Source: Scenedesmus sp. PABB004 (taxonomy: Eukaryota). From it: a stretch of 64,000 bases of DNA. The stretch lies in the NCBI GenBank assembly GCA_014905635.1, contig JABVCE010000007.1, positions 1-64,000 of the forward strand. The letters run 5' to 3'. Made by a program: the position numbers and the translations under genes. A model generated the notes under the pieces. That model did no database searches and was not told where the DNA came from. It worked only from the letters and a program-made list of their open reading frames with translations. Shown here one piece after another: positions 1 to 11,177 of this stretch (its first letter is position 1; each line of letters starts with the position of its first letter).

Positions 1-177
1 AAAAACTAAACCCAAAACCTAAACCTAAAACCCTAAACCCTAAAACCTAAAACCTAAAAACCTAAACCCTAAAAACCTAAACCCTAAAACCTAAAAACTT
101 TAACCTAAACCCTAAACCTAAAACCTAAACCTAAAACCTACACCCTAAAACCTAAAACCTAAACCCTAAAACCTAAA
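1..177 (+). repeat. Terminal telomeric repeat array (C-strand), heterogeneous units CCTAAA/CCTAAAA/CCCTAAA/CCCTAAAA
   Basis: About 25 consecutive C2-3TA3-5 units at the window start; reverse complement of plant/chlorophyte TTTAGGG/TTTTAGGG-type repeats. Confidence 0.95.
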
Positions 178-178
178 C

Positions 179-475
179 GGCGTCGCGGTTGATACGACGG
201 CCCCTCAGGCTGCTGATGTCAGCGCGGCGGTCAGCGTCAGCAGCGTCGCTGCTGGTGCGGAGGCCTCTCGGGCTGACGTTACCGGCGCGGCGGGTCGGTG
301 TGCAGCACTAGAGCAGGCTCGGCGTTATCTGCTTGGTGATCTGCTGCAGGATCAGCTTGCTGCTCATTCTGTGGCAGATTATGTGATGGACATCTGGAAG
401 ATGCGGGACACCGTCCTTAAGGGGGCGCGGGACCAATGGGCGCAAGCCTGTGGTGTAACTATCTTTTATCTTTAA
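179..475 (+). mobile_element. 5'-truncated 3' end of a putative non-LTR retrotransposon (LINE) ORF, capped by telomere (copy 1)
   Basis: Stop-free frame from the telomere junction to TAA at 473-475, with no start codon: ...RRYLLGDLLQDQLAAHSVADYVMDIWKMRDTVLK... Many T-ending codons, unlike host genes. Ends in a TATCTTT TATCTTT tail. LINE assignment is by motif resemblance only. Confidence 0.45.
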
Positions 476-716
476 GTCACCCACGCCTCGCGGCTCAATC
501 GAACCTGCATGCAATGTGCCCAAACACGCACGAGGCTATGCGACCCCGCCCTGTGCCCCCCGCTCCGCGAACGGCTTGCGGGCGACGCTGTGCGACCGTC
601 GCACCGTGGCGCCGCGGATCACACCGCTCCCCGCTCGCCCCGACCCAACATCGCCCAGCGCCCGCCGCGGCTGCCGCGCCACTCACTCGTAGCCGTACCC
701 GCGCGCGCTCTCGCCC

Positions 717-1882
717 TCACTCATCGGCCGCGCCGACCGAGCCGGAGCGAGCTTGCTTGGGAGGTGACGAGGAAGCGGAGTTGCCGCCTCGCTTGCGGTC
801 CTTGTCGTGGGGGGTGATGGGCGGCGTGCGAGAGCGGGAGCGGGAGTGTGAGCGGCCCCTGCTGGCGGCATGGCACACAAGGCAGCGGCGTCAGCAGGTT
901 GGGGGAGGGCGGCGGCCGCCCGCTAGCCGCAACGCGCACCGCGCGGCACACGCCACCCGCGCGCGCCGCGTGATGCATGCGCCGCGCGCGCCGCCGCCCT
1001 GCCTGCCTGCCTGCCCGGCTGCGAGCGCTCAGCACAACGCAACGCGCCCATGCGCTGCGCGTGCTCCCGCCGCCCGCCGCCAACCCGGTCGCGTGGCCGC
1101 GCGCCGCACTCACCGCGCCGGCGACGGTGACCTGCCCTCGTTCCACTTCCAGCCAAACATCTCAAAGTCCGCGGTCGACGCCCAGTCCACCTTCCAGCGG
1201 CGGCCGTCCATCTTGAAGCCGTCCAACTTGTCCCACGCCCACTTGGCGTCGGAGGACCTGCGGCAGCGGCCGCGGCGCGGGTGGCGCGGCGGCGGCGGTC
1301 ATCACCGGCAGCGGCGCGTCGCCGGGGCGGCGGCAGCGAGGCGGGCCCGGCCCGCGGCAGGGCGCACGCGCAAGCTCTCGCCCGTGCCGCTCGCGCGCCC
1401 TTGCCGTGTCGGGGGTGGGAGGGGCGGCGCTCCGGCGCTCGGCTCGCGCGCGGTCGTTTGGCCGCAGCTGCGCCGCGCGCACGAGCAGGCACGTGCATCG
1501 GGGACGCTCCCGCCCCCCTCGCGCCGCCTCCGCCACCCCGCCCGTGCAGCGCTTCACGAGTGCCCCCTCTCCCTCGCGCGCAGCGCCCTCACCGGTCAAA
1601 CTCGACCAGCGCGCAGCGCGCGTCGTAGTCGCGCGCCACGTGGGACACGTGGCCCGCAGCGCTGAACTCGTACTTGATGTCTACGGCGGCGCGCGAGGCC
1701 GGCGGCGTGGGCGGTGAAGACCGGCGCGGCAGGTGAGGCGCAGCGCGGGCGCGGCGCAGCCTCGAGACGGCTGGCAGCGCGCGGCGGCAGCAGGGCGGCG
1801 CGCGCCGCGCACCGGACGTGGGCGTGGAGCCGCTCACGTTGTCCACCACCAGCACCAGACGGCTGTAGCGCTTGCCCGGCAT
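717..1882 (-). CDS. SR-like RNA-binding protein (single RRM plus short RS/SP tail), copy 1, 4 exons
   Basis: Spliced with GT-AG introns: MPGKRYSRLVLVVDNVSGSTPTS|DIKYEFSAAGHVSHVARDYDARCALVEFDR|SSDAKWAWDKLDGFKMDGRRWKVDWAS...GRSPSPAR|GRSHSRSRSRTPP...DE*; RRM pattern recognisable. Confidence 0.85.
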
Positions 1883-2170
1883 GATGGCGAGCGGGGCGTG
1901 GAGCGTGGGCGCGGGAGGTCGCTCTCGAACACTCGCGATGCGCGGCGTGCGGCGTGCGCTGCGGCGCGCGTGGCTGGACGCGGAGGGCGCCTTTGGCAGC
2001 GGCGGGCGCGGGGGTGCTGAACTGGGGCGGCGGGGAGGGGCGACGCCGTGACGTGGGGAAGAAGAAGGTGTGCCTGCCTGAGCTCTGCCGTTGACGTGTT
2101 GTCATCTCTCCCCACGCGTCCGCCACTCAGACGGCCGCGCAGTCCTCCAATCGGCACCGCGCCGTGCACG

Positions 2171-2331
2171 ATGAACACGGCGGGAGGCAGCAGCGGCGCG
2201 AGGGGGATTGTTGCGGGCCAGCAGCTGCGCCCGCCCCTCCCGGTCCAGCGGGCCCGGCGGAGCCAGCGGCTTCCGGGACCGGGCGCGCCAGAGGCGCCGG
2301 AAGCGGCGCTGAGCACGGTGCGAGCCGGCGG
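2171..2331 (+). pseudogene. Truncated copy of exon 1 and intron 1 start of the ARM-repeat gene
   Basis: Copy of 4380..4540 (MN/DTAGGSSG...), cut off by the internal telomere tract. Confidence 0.8.
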
Positions 2332-2332
2332 G

Positions 2333-2373
2333 TAAACCCTAAAACCTTTACCTAAAACCTAAACCCTAAACTA
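2333..2373 (+). repeat. Interstitial telomeric tract at the duplication junction
   Basis: TAAACCCTAAAACCTTTACCTAAAACCTAAACCCTAAACTA; same orientation and same unit variants as the terminal array. Confidence 0.95.
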
Positions 2374-2374
2374 G

Positions 2375-2689
2375 AGTAGCGTCAGCGACAACGGCGTCGC
2401 GGTTGATACGACGGCCCCTCAGGCTGCTGATGTCAGCGCGGCGGTCAGCGTCAGCAGCGTCGCTGCTGGTGCGGAGGCCTCTCGGGCTGACGTTACCGGC
2501 GCGGCGGGTCGGTGTGCAGCACTAGAGCAGGCTCGGCGTTATCTGCTTGGTGATCTGCTGCAGGATCAGCTTGCTGCTCATTCTGTGGCAGATTATGTGA
2601 TGGACATCTGGAAGATGCGGGACACCGTCCTTAAGGGGGCGCGGGACCAATGGGCGCAAGCCTGTGGTGTAACTATCTTTTATCTTTAA
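2375..2689 (+). mobile_element. 5'-truncated 3' end of putative LINE ORF, copy 2 (slightly longer)
   Basis: Same frame as copy 1, extended about 15 nt further 5' (SSVSDNGVAVD...) up to the internal telomere tract. Confidence 0.45.
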
Positions 2690-4540
2690 GTCACCCACGC
2701 CTCGCGGCTCAATCGAACCTGCATGCAATGTGCCCAAACACGCACGAGGCTATGCGGCCCCGCCCTGTGCCCCCCGCTCCGCGAACGGCTTGCGGGCGAC
2801 GCTGTGCGACCGTCGCACCGTGGCGCCGCGGATCACACCGCTCCCCGCTCGCCCCGACCCAACATCGCCCAGCGCCCGCCGCGGCTGCCGCGCCACTCAC
2901 TCGTAGCCGTACCCGCGCGCGCTCTCGCCCTCACTCATCGGCCGCGCCGACCGAGCCGGAGCGAGCTTGCTTGGGAGGTGACGAGGAAGCGGAGTTGCCG
3001 CCTCGCTTGCGGTCCTTGTCGTGGGGGGTGATGGGCGGCGTGCGAGAGCGGGAGCGGGAGTGTGAGCGGCCCCTGCTGGCGGCATGGCACACAAGGCAGC
3101 GGCGTCAGCAGGTTGGGGGAGGGCGGCGGCCGCCCGCTAGCCGCAACGCGCACCGCGCGGCACACGCCACCCGCGCGCGCCGCGTGATGCATGCGCCGCC
3201 GCTGCCGCGCCCTGCCTGCCTGCCCGGCTGCGAGCGCTCAGCACAACGCAACGCGCCCATGCGCTGCGCGTGCTCCCGCCGCCCGCCGCCAACCCGGTCG
3301 CGTGGCCGCGCGCCGCACTCACCGCGCCGGCGACGGTGACCTGCCCTCGTTCCACTTCCAGCCAAACATCTCAAAGTCCGCGGTCGACGCCCAGTCCACC
3401 TTCCAGCGGCGGCCGTCCATCTTGAAGCCGTCCAACTTGTCCCACGCCCACTTGGCGTCGGAGGACCTGCGGCAGCGGCCGCGGCGCGGGTGGCGCGGCG
3501 GCGGCGGTCATCACCGGCAGCGGCGCGTCGCCGGGGCGGCGGCAGCGAGGCGGGCCCGGCCCGCGGCAGGGCGCACGCGCAAGCTCTCGCCCGTGCCGCT
3601 CGCGCGCCCTTGCCGTGTCGGGGGTGGGAGGGGCGGCGCTCCGGCGCTCGGCTCGCGCGCGGTCGTTTGGCCGCAGCTGCGCCGCGCGCACGAGCAGGCA
3701 CGTGCATCGGGGACGCTCCCGCCCCCCTCGCGCCGCCTCCGCCACCCCGCCCGTGCAGCGCTTCACGAGTGCCCCCTCTCCCTCGCGCGCAGCGCCCTCA
3801 CCGGTCAAACTCGACCAGCGCGCAGCGCGCGTCGTAGTCGCGCGCCACGTGGGACACGTGGCCCGCAGCGCTGAACTCGTACTTGATGTCTACGGCGGCG
3901 CGCGAGGCCGGCGGCGTGGGCGGTGAAGACCGGCGCGGCAGGTGAGGCGCAGCGCGGGCGCGGCGCAGCCTCGAGACGGCTGGCAGCGCGCGGCGGCAGC
4001 AGGGCGGCGCGCGCCGCGCACCGGACGTGGGCGTGGAGCCGCTCACGTTGTCCACCACCAGCACCAGACGGCTGTAGCGCTTGCCCGGCATGATGGCGAG
4101 CGGGGCGTGGAGCGTGGGCGCGGGAGGTCGCTCTCGAACACTCGCGATGCGCGGCGTGCGGCGTGCGCTGCGGCGCGCGTGGCTGGACGCGGAGGGCGCC
4201 TTTGGCAGCGGCGGGCGCGGGGGTGCTGAACTGGGGCGGCGGGGAGGGGCGACGCCGTGACGTGGGGAAGAAGAAGGTGTGCCTGCCTGAGCTCTGCCGT
4301 TGACGTGTTGTCATCTCTCCCCACGCGTCCGCCACTCAGACGGCCGCGCAGTCCTCCAATCGGCACCGCGCCGTGCACGATGGACACGGCGGGAGGCAGC
4401 AGCGGCGCGAGGGGGATTGTTGCGGGCCAGCAGCTGCGCCCGCCCCTCCCGGTCCAGCGGGCCCGGCGGAGCCAGCGGCTTCCGGGACCGGGCGCGCCAG
4501 AGGCGCCGGAAGCGGCGCTGAGCACGGTGCGAGCCGGCGG
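2390..4540 (+). repeat. Subtelomeric tandem duplication, copy 2 (proximal, continuous with unique sequence)
   Basis: Direct repeat of 176..2331. Confidence 0.97.
2931..4091 (-). CDS. SR-like RRM protein, copy 2
   Basis: Coding exons appear identical to 717..1882. Confidence 0.85.
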
Positions 4541-7500
4541 CGCCGGCGACGGCGGTTGGCGCCCGCAGCAGCAGCGCTCCGTCGTCGCCCACGCCGCCGC
4601 CTGTCCACCCCCGCGCCACACAGCTGGTGGCGGCGCTGGCGGGCGGCCTGCCACGCCTGGCGGTCGAGGGCCGCTGGACGCCGCTCGGCCGCGCCGCGGC
4701 GCTCGCGCTCGCGCTCGCCAGCGCGCCGGCCGCGGCGGACGTGCTCGCCGCGCGCGGCACCGCGGCGCGCGTGCAGGGTGCGAGCCCCTGCCGCGCGTGG
4801 GGCGGGGCGGCGCTCGGGCGGCTTGCAGGCGGCCTGCCGCGAGCCGAATGCCCCCCTCCGCCCGCGCGCCCGCTCGCCGCACGCAGACGCGATCCGCGCC
4901 GCCGCCGCGGCGGCGAGCGATGGCGACGCGGCAGCGGCGTGCGCGCTGCAGCCGTGCACGGCGCTGCTGCTGGAGTGCGTGCGGCTGAGCGAGCGCGCGG
5001 CAGACCTGGTGGTGGAGAGCCAGTCGGTCAGGTGCGCGGGTGCGCGGCGGAGGGCGGCAAGCAAGGCGGGCGCGGCGCGGGCGCACCCGCTCCAAACCCT
5101 CCCTCCCGCCCGCCCCCTCCCCTGCCTCCCCACGCTCACCTGGTCGCGCGCGCCCTCCTGCCGCGCACGGTGCGCAGGCTGCTGCTGCAGCTGCTGCAGC
5201 GGCCGGACGTGGGGCCCGAAACGAAGCGGCACACGGCAGAGATCCTGCAGGCGCTCGCGGCGACCAAGCTCGTGTACCGGGACGTGCTGCACGGCGCCGG
5301 CGTGCTGGACGCCCTGCTGGCCTGCCTCACCGACGCCGCCTGCCTGAGCGACCTGCAGCTGGTGCAGGTGCGCGCCCTTGCCCGCCCGGGCCAGCAGCCG
5401 CACCCGCACCTGCCGCCCGCCGCCGAGCGCCGCCGCCGTGGCGCGTCGCAGCGGCTGCTGTGGGTGCTGGTGAGCCTGTGCGCGGACGACGAGGTGTACG
5501 TGCACGACATGCGCGCCGCGGGGCTGCCCGCGCTGCTGGTGGGCCTGCTGAGCGTGTACCAGGCAAACAGCGCCGCGCCGGAGCTGCGCCCACTGGCTGC
5601 GCAGACCGTCCGCGCCCTGCGCCTCATGGCCGGGGACGACGAGGCCATGCGCCGCGCGGTGGCGTCGCTGGGCCTCGTGCGGCTGCTGGTCAACCAGCTG
5701 CACCTCGACATCCACGCCAGCATGGACGAGCCGCCGCCGCCGCCGGGCGCGGCCAACATCCTCAACGCGCACAGCCTGCCCTCGACGCCCAAGAGCCCGC
5801 GCAAGGCCGGCGCGTCCGGCGGGGGGCCGCTCACGCCGTCGGGGTCGCCGATGCGGCGCAGCAGCGGCAGCGGCAGCAGCCCCCACGCGCCGCCCCCGCC
5901 CGGCGCGCGGCGCGCGAGCGGCGTGGAGCCGCCCATCCCCGAGGACTGCGAGGCGGCCGTGGAGCTGCCGGGTAGCCCCCCTGGCGGGCCGCACCACGGG
6001 CGCGCGGCGAGCTTCGACGCGCCGCACAGCAGCGAGGCGGCCGCGCTGCGCGGCCTCGGGGCCGGGCCGAGCCCGCTCACGCGACTGGCGGCGGCGGCGC
6101 TGCTGCGCGCGGTGCTGGCGGGCAGCATGAGCCATGCCACGATAGAGGTGCTGCTGCACGGCATGCTGCTGCCGGTCCTGCACATGCAGGTGCGCCGCGG
6201 TGTCGCGCGCAGCTGCCAGCCCGCCATGCGCCGCGCGCGCCACTGTTTGCGTGTGCCGCGTGCGCTGACTCCCCCTCCCCCCTCCCCTCTCCCCGTGCCC
6301 AGCTCGTCGGCCCACGCCTCAGCCTGGCGATGGAGGCTGTCACCATCCTCCGCTCGCTGCTGGCCGGCAGCGCGGACGCGCAAGCGCAGGCGGCGCAGGC
6401 GGGTCTGACGGCGCTCGCGGTGCAGGTGAGCCGGCGGCGAGCCGGCGGCGCGCCGGCAGCCACGGCTGCGCAGCTGCGCGCGCCTGCCGCCTCGCGTCTT
6501 GACTGGGCGGCGTGCTGTCGCGCCGCCGCGCGCGCCGCAGCTGCTGTCGGCGCGCAACGTCGAGCTCGCCAGCGCAGCAGCGGACCTAGTGAGCCAGCTG
6601 GCGGGCTTGCGGCAGCCCGCCAGCCTGGGGCCCCTCACCCCGGCGGCGGTGGGCGGCCTCGCGGAGCTGCTCAAGGAGTGCGCCGGCCACGCGCACACGC
6701 TGGGCCTCGCGCGGCGGCGCAGCATCAGCGGCACCCCGGGTGGTGCGGGCGCCGAGGCGGGCGGCACGGCGCTGCAGCCCATTCCGGAGGCCAGCAGCAG
6801 CGACGCGGCAGCAGAGGCGGCGGCCGGCACGGCCTGGCTGGGTCGGGCGGCAGGCGGCCCGGAGCGCCAGGGCAGCGTCGTCATGCGCCACCCATCGCTC
6901 AGCAGCGGCGACGGCGGTGCGCCGTCGCAGCACCCCGCGCCGCTGTCCAGCGAGCTGCCTGGCGCGGTGCTGACGTCACGGCAGCGGCAGCGCGCCAGCA
7001 GCGGCACGCTCGGCGGCGGCGCGTGCCTGTCAGACAGCCACGACGTGCACAGCAGCTGCGGCGTCTGCCCACTCTCGTGTGTGCTGGTGGCGCTGCGGCA
7101 GCTCATGGCGCCCACACCCGAGCTGCAGAGCCTGCTCAGCGACGCGTGCTGTCTGGAGCTGCTGGTGGGGCTCCTGGCGGGCGAAGCGGCACAGATGGAG
7201 CGGCTCCGGCTCATGGACGCGCTCGCGCACCTCCTCACCACGGGCGCCGCGGGCAACGGCGCGGCGCAAGACCAGGTGTGCGCGGCCGCCCCGTCGCGGC
7301 GCCCAGGCGGGCCCTTTCCCCCCCCCCTCCCCTGGGGGGACCCGCGCTCACCCACTCGCTCCGCGCGTGCGCGGCTGGGAGCCCAGGTGCGGCTGGCTGG
7401 CGGCGTTGACGTGGCGTCGGAGGCGCTCGCCCGCCTCGCGCCCGAGGCTGCAGACAGCGGCGCGCGGCTGCAGCTCTGCGTCACCCTGCTGCGCCTGCTG

Positions 7501-7625
7501 GCCGCGCTGGTGGAGGGCAACAACGCGAGCAAGCTCAGCCTCCGCGAGGCGGGCGCCCTGGGCGTCGTGGCAGCGCTCCTGGACGCCGTCCTCGCAGCAG
7601 CCGCGGCCCTGTCGGCGCCGCCACT

Positions 7626-7664
<39 letters not shown>

Positions 7665-10600
7665 GCCGAGGTGGGTGGCTGTCGGTGTGCATGCTCATCC
7701 TGTCTGTGCCTGCCGGGGCAGCCGCCAGGTGCCGGCGCCTGACGGCGCACGCCCGCCGCGCCGCGCCTGCGCCGCAGCTTGCCCCCGGAGCTGGAGGCGC
7801 TGGCGGTCGCCGCGCTGGAGCTGCTGGCGGCCTGCCTGCCCGACTCGCAGGCCAGCCAGGCACAGGCGCACGCGCTCGGCCTGACGCGGCGCCTCCTGGC
7901 GCTTCTGCGCGTGCCAAGCCGGAGCCCTGCGCTGGGCCTGCTGGCCATCCACGCGCTGGCGTTGCTGGCCAGCGGGGCGCAGCCCGCCGCGCAGGCGGAG
8001 GCCACGTCGGGCGGGGTCGTGGCGGTGGTGATGAACGTGCTGCAGCAGCAGGCCATGGCGGGCGTGGCGGTGTCAGAGGTGCGCCGCACCTGCAGTGCCG
8101 CACGCGCCGCACGCGGCGCGGCCCTGCCTGCTCTCACGCTCGTGCGCGCCCCCGCCGCGCCGCGCGGCCTGCGCAGGTGTGCATGCGGGCGCTGCCGTGC
8201 CTGCTCGAGCGCAACGCCGCCGGAAAGCAGCAGGCGCTGCAGTATGGCGTGCTGCCATTGCTGGTGCACCTGCTGCGCAGCTCGCCCTCGCCCGTCACCG
8301 TCGTCGCGTCGGCCCAGGCGCTCGCGCTGCTGGCGGAGCGCGACTCGGAGCTTCAGTCCGCGATCAGCTGCGCGGGCGGCCTGCACGCGCTGCTCGACAA
8401 GCTCGACCCCGCAGCGCCGCCGCCCGCGGCGCAGGCAGCCGCGGCGGCGGCAGCCGCAGCCGCCGCCGCAGCTGCCGCCGTGGCGGTGGGAAAGAGCGCT
8501 CAGGACGCGCACGGCGGCGGCAGCGAGCCTGCCGCGAGCGAGCAGCCCGGCGCAGCGGACGCGAGCGAGCAGCCCAGTGTGGCGGTGGAGCAGCCCGGCG
8601 GCGATGTGGTGAGCCAGCAGCAAGGCCTGCCTCCGCCCGCTGCCAGCCTTTTCAGCGCTGTCGCGGGCGCAGCAGCCCCGCAGCAGCAGCAGCAGCAGCA
8701 GCAGCAGCCAGGGCCGGAGCAGGCACTGGCGGCCGCGCGCGTGCGCTGTGCGTGCCTCCAGGCCGTCGCGGCGCTGGCCAGCGGCAATCAGGCCACGAAG
8801 AACGCGGCGCGCAGCGCTGCCGCGCTGCCCCTCCTGGCGCACCTGCTGCGCGCGGGCCGCGACGCGCTGCAGGCGGCGCTGGCGCAGCGCGGCGCGCTCG
8901 CCCAGGCGCACGCGCAGCTCGCCGGCGGCGCGGCCGAGCACCCCGCCGGCTGGCAGCACGGCGGCGCGCTGCGCGTACGCACGCACCGCAGCCAGCCCTC
9001 GGTCAGCCAGGAGTCGGCCGCCGCCGCGGCGCTGCAGGAGTGCGAGCTGTCGGGCCTGGTCGCGGCGGTGCGCGTGCTGGGCGAGCTGTGCCACGGCTGC
9101 CACGCCAACCAGCAGGCCGCGGCGGCGGAGGGGCTCATGGACACGCTCACCTGCCTCGCGGCGCTGTCGCTGGGCGACAGCCTGGCCGCCGCGGGCAGCC
9201 AGGCGGGCCTGCTCGCGGCGGTGTGCGACGCGCTCGCGGCGGCGGCGGAGTTCTGCGCGCCCAACCAGCGTGCCGCGCGCGAGGCGGGCGCGGTGGAGGC
9301 GCTGAGCCGCATGCTGGCCGTGGCGGCAGAGGTGCGTCGCCGGGGGGGGGGGGGGAGTACGGGCGCTGCCGGGCCGCGTGCCGCCCCCGCCGCCGCCCCC
9401 CCCCCCCCAAAAAAACCTCCATCCCCCATCCCTCCCAACGCCCGCACAGGCGCCCGACGCGGCCCTGGGCGAGCTGGGGCTGCTCCCCGCGGTCGCGGCG
9501 TGCTGCGGCGCGGTGGTGGCGCTGGCGCAGGACTGCGAGGAGGGCACGCGCGCGTTCAGTGCCCACCCGGACCTCAACCCAGCGCTGCTGCGCCTCATGG
9601 CCCTCGACCACCCGCGCGCCGCGGCGCAGGCCGCGCGGTGAGCGCCGCCCGGCGCGCGGCGCGCGGCGCGCCCTGCCGCCGCCGTGGCGCGCGCCCACCC
9701 CCCCCCCCCCCTGCGCGCGCGCGCCGCCCGCCGCCCGCCCGCCGCGCGGCAGCGCGCTCGAGTTTGTCGCGCTGCGCGCCGACACCGCGGACGAGTGCGA
9801 GGAGCGGCCCGAGTACGAGGGCGAGCTGCTGCTGGCGCTCGTGCGCGCGCTCGGCCACGGCGCGCTCGCCATCAGCGGCACCGGCCGCAGCGCGGTCGCG
9901 CGCGTCGCGCTCGGCGCCGGCCGCGCGCCGCCGGCCGCCGCGCTCATCCGCGAGGCGGCCCAGCTGCTCGCGCTGGTGGTGGACGCCTCGGAGGCGCAGC
10001 CCGCGCAGGGGGCAGGCGGCGGTGGTAGCGCCGCCGCCGTGGGCGGCGGCACGCTCGCCAGCACCGGCAGCGGCGGCTTCACGGTGTCGGGCCTGGGCAC
10101 CGCGCCCGCGCACCCGGCCGCGGCGGCAGCGGGCGGCAAGGCGCAGCAGGGCGCCGGCAAGGCCGCTGCCGCGCAGGAGGGGCCAGCCGGCGGCGTCGCC
10201 GCGGCCAGCGGCGGCGGCGGCCGCGTGTCGCTGGACCCGCTCTGCCGCCCCGCCGCGGTCCTGCCCGCGGTGGTGACCGACCACACGTCGGGGCTGGCGG
10301 TGCTGCGCACCTGGTCGCGTGAGTGCGGCGAGCGCGGGGGCGGCCGGCCGCGTCGCTGCCGTGCGCGTGCGACCCCCGCTCTGCCGCCTGCCCCGCGCGG
10401 TGCCCCGCCGCCGGCAGTGAAGGAGAACGCAGGCGACCTGTGGGCGGGCCTGGTGGCGCGCGCGGCGCCCGCGTTGCAGGGCGTCGCGGCGGCGGTGGCG
10501 GAGGGCCCCTGGAAGCCCTTCAAGGTGCAGGTGGCCTGGATGCTGCTCCTGCTCGCCTCGCGGAGCCCCGCCAACCGTGCCATCATCAGCCGCATGCAGC

Positions 10601-10905
10601 GCACCACGCTCGCGCCGCTCGCGATGCAGCTGGAGAACGCGGAGCGCTACGCCGCGCAGGCCGAGGCGGCCGCCGCGGCGGCGGACGAGGCGGCGCGCCG
10701 CAGCGCGGGCGGCGGCGCCGCCGCGGCGCAGGAGCAGGAGCAGCGGCAGCGGCAGCGGCTGCAGCAGGCGCAGCCGGCCGCCGCCCCGCCCGCGGCGCCC
10801 GCTGCGCCGGCTGGCACGCAGCCGGGTGCGGGCGCGGACGAGGACGAGCTGCTCGCGGCAGAGGTGGCGTTCCTGTCGATGTCGCGGCCGGGGTCGGAGC
10901 ACTGA
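4380..10905 (+). CDS. Large armadillo (ARM)-repeat protein, multi-exon
   Basis: Exons with ARM-like helical repeats (GVLDALLACL, GLPALLVGLL, GVLPLLVHLLRS, AGGLHALLDKL, AGAVEALSRML) separated by about 11 GT-AG introns; start exon inferred. Confidence 0.75.
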
Positions 10906-11063
10906 CGGCGCGGCGCGCTACGTAAATCGGCGTGCCAGCACCGGTCGGCGCCCGCGCGGCCGATCGGCAGCAGCGGCGGCTGGAGCAGCGCGGGTGCTCA
11001 GGTAATTACCCACTCGCAAGCACACGTGCACGCACACGGCCGCCGCGCGATGCGGGCCGCGCA

Positions 11064-11144
11064 GCGCGTGGGGGGCGTCGGGCGTCGGCCTGGGCGCGGC
11101 GCGGCGCGCTTGCACGCCCAGGCGTCATGAGGCCCCCCACGCGC
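11064..11144 (-). promoter_or_regulatory. SECIS element in the 3' UTR of the selenoprotein gene
   Basis: Minus strand: helix I GCGTGGGGGGC/GCCCCCCACGC; core ATGAC (11128-11124)...CGAC (11087-11084) giving tandem G.A pairs; helix II GCCTGGGCGTG/CGCGCCCAGGC; apical AA at 11111-11110. Confidence 0.9.
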
Positions 11145-11177
11145 GCGGGGCGCGGCATCGCGCGGCCCCGCGCTCCC

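Larger units (their letters stand above)
176..2331 (+). repeat. Subtelomeric tandem duplication, copy 1 (distal)
   Basis: Matches 2390..4540 almost exactly (offset 2214, then 2209). Differences seen: A543/G2757, a small complex indel near 985-1000, A2174/G4383. Confidence 0.97.

Noticed and set aside
308..523. 71-aa minus-strand ORF (and its copy at 2522..2737)
   Set aside because: No recognisable motif and a non-ATG start; the plus-strand truncated frame explains the region better
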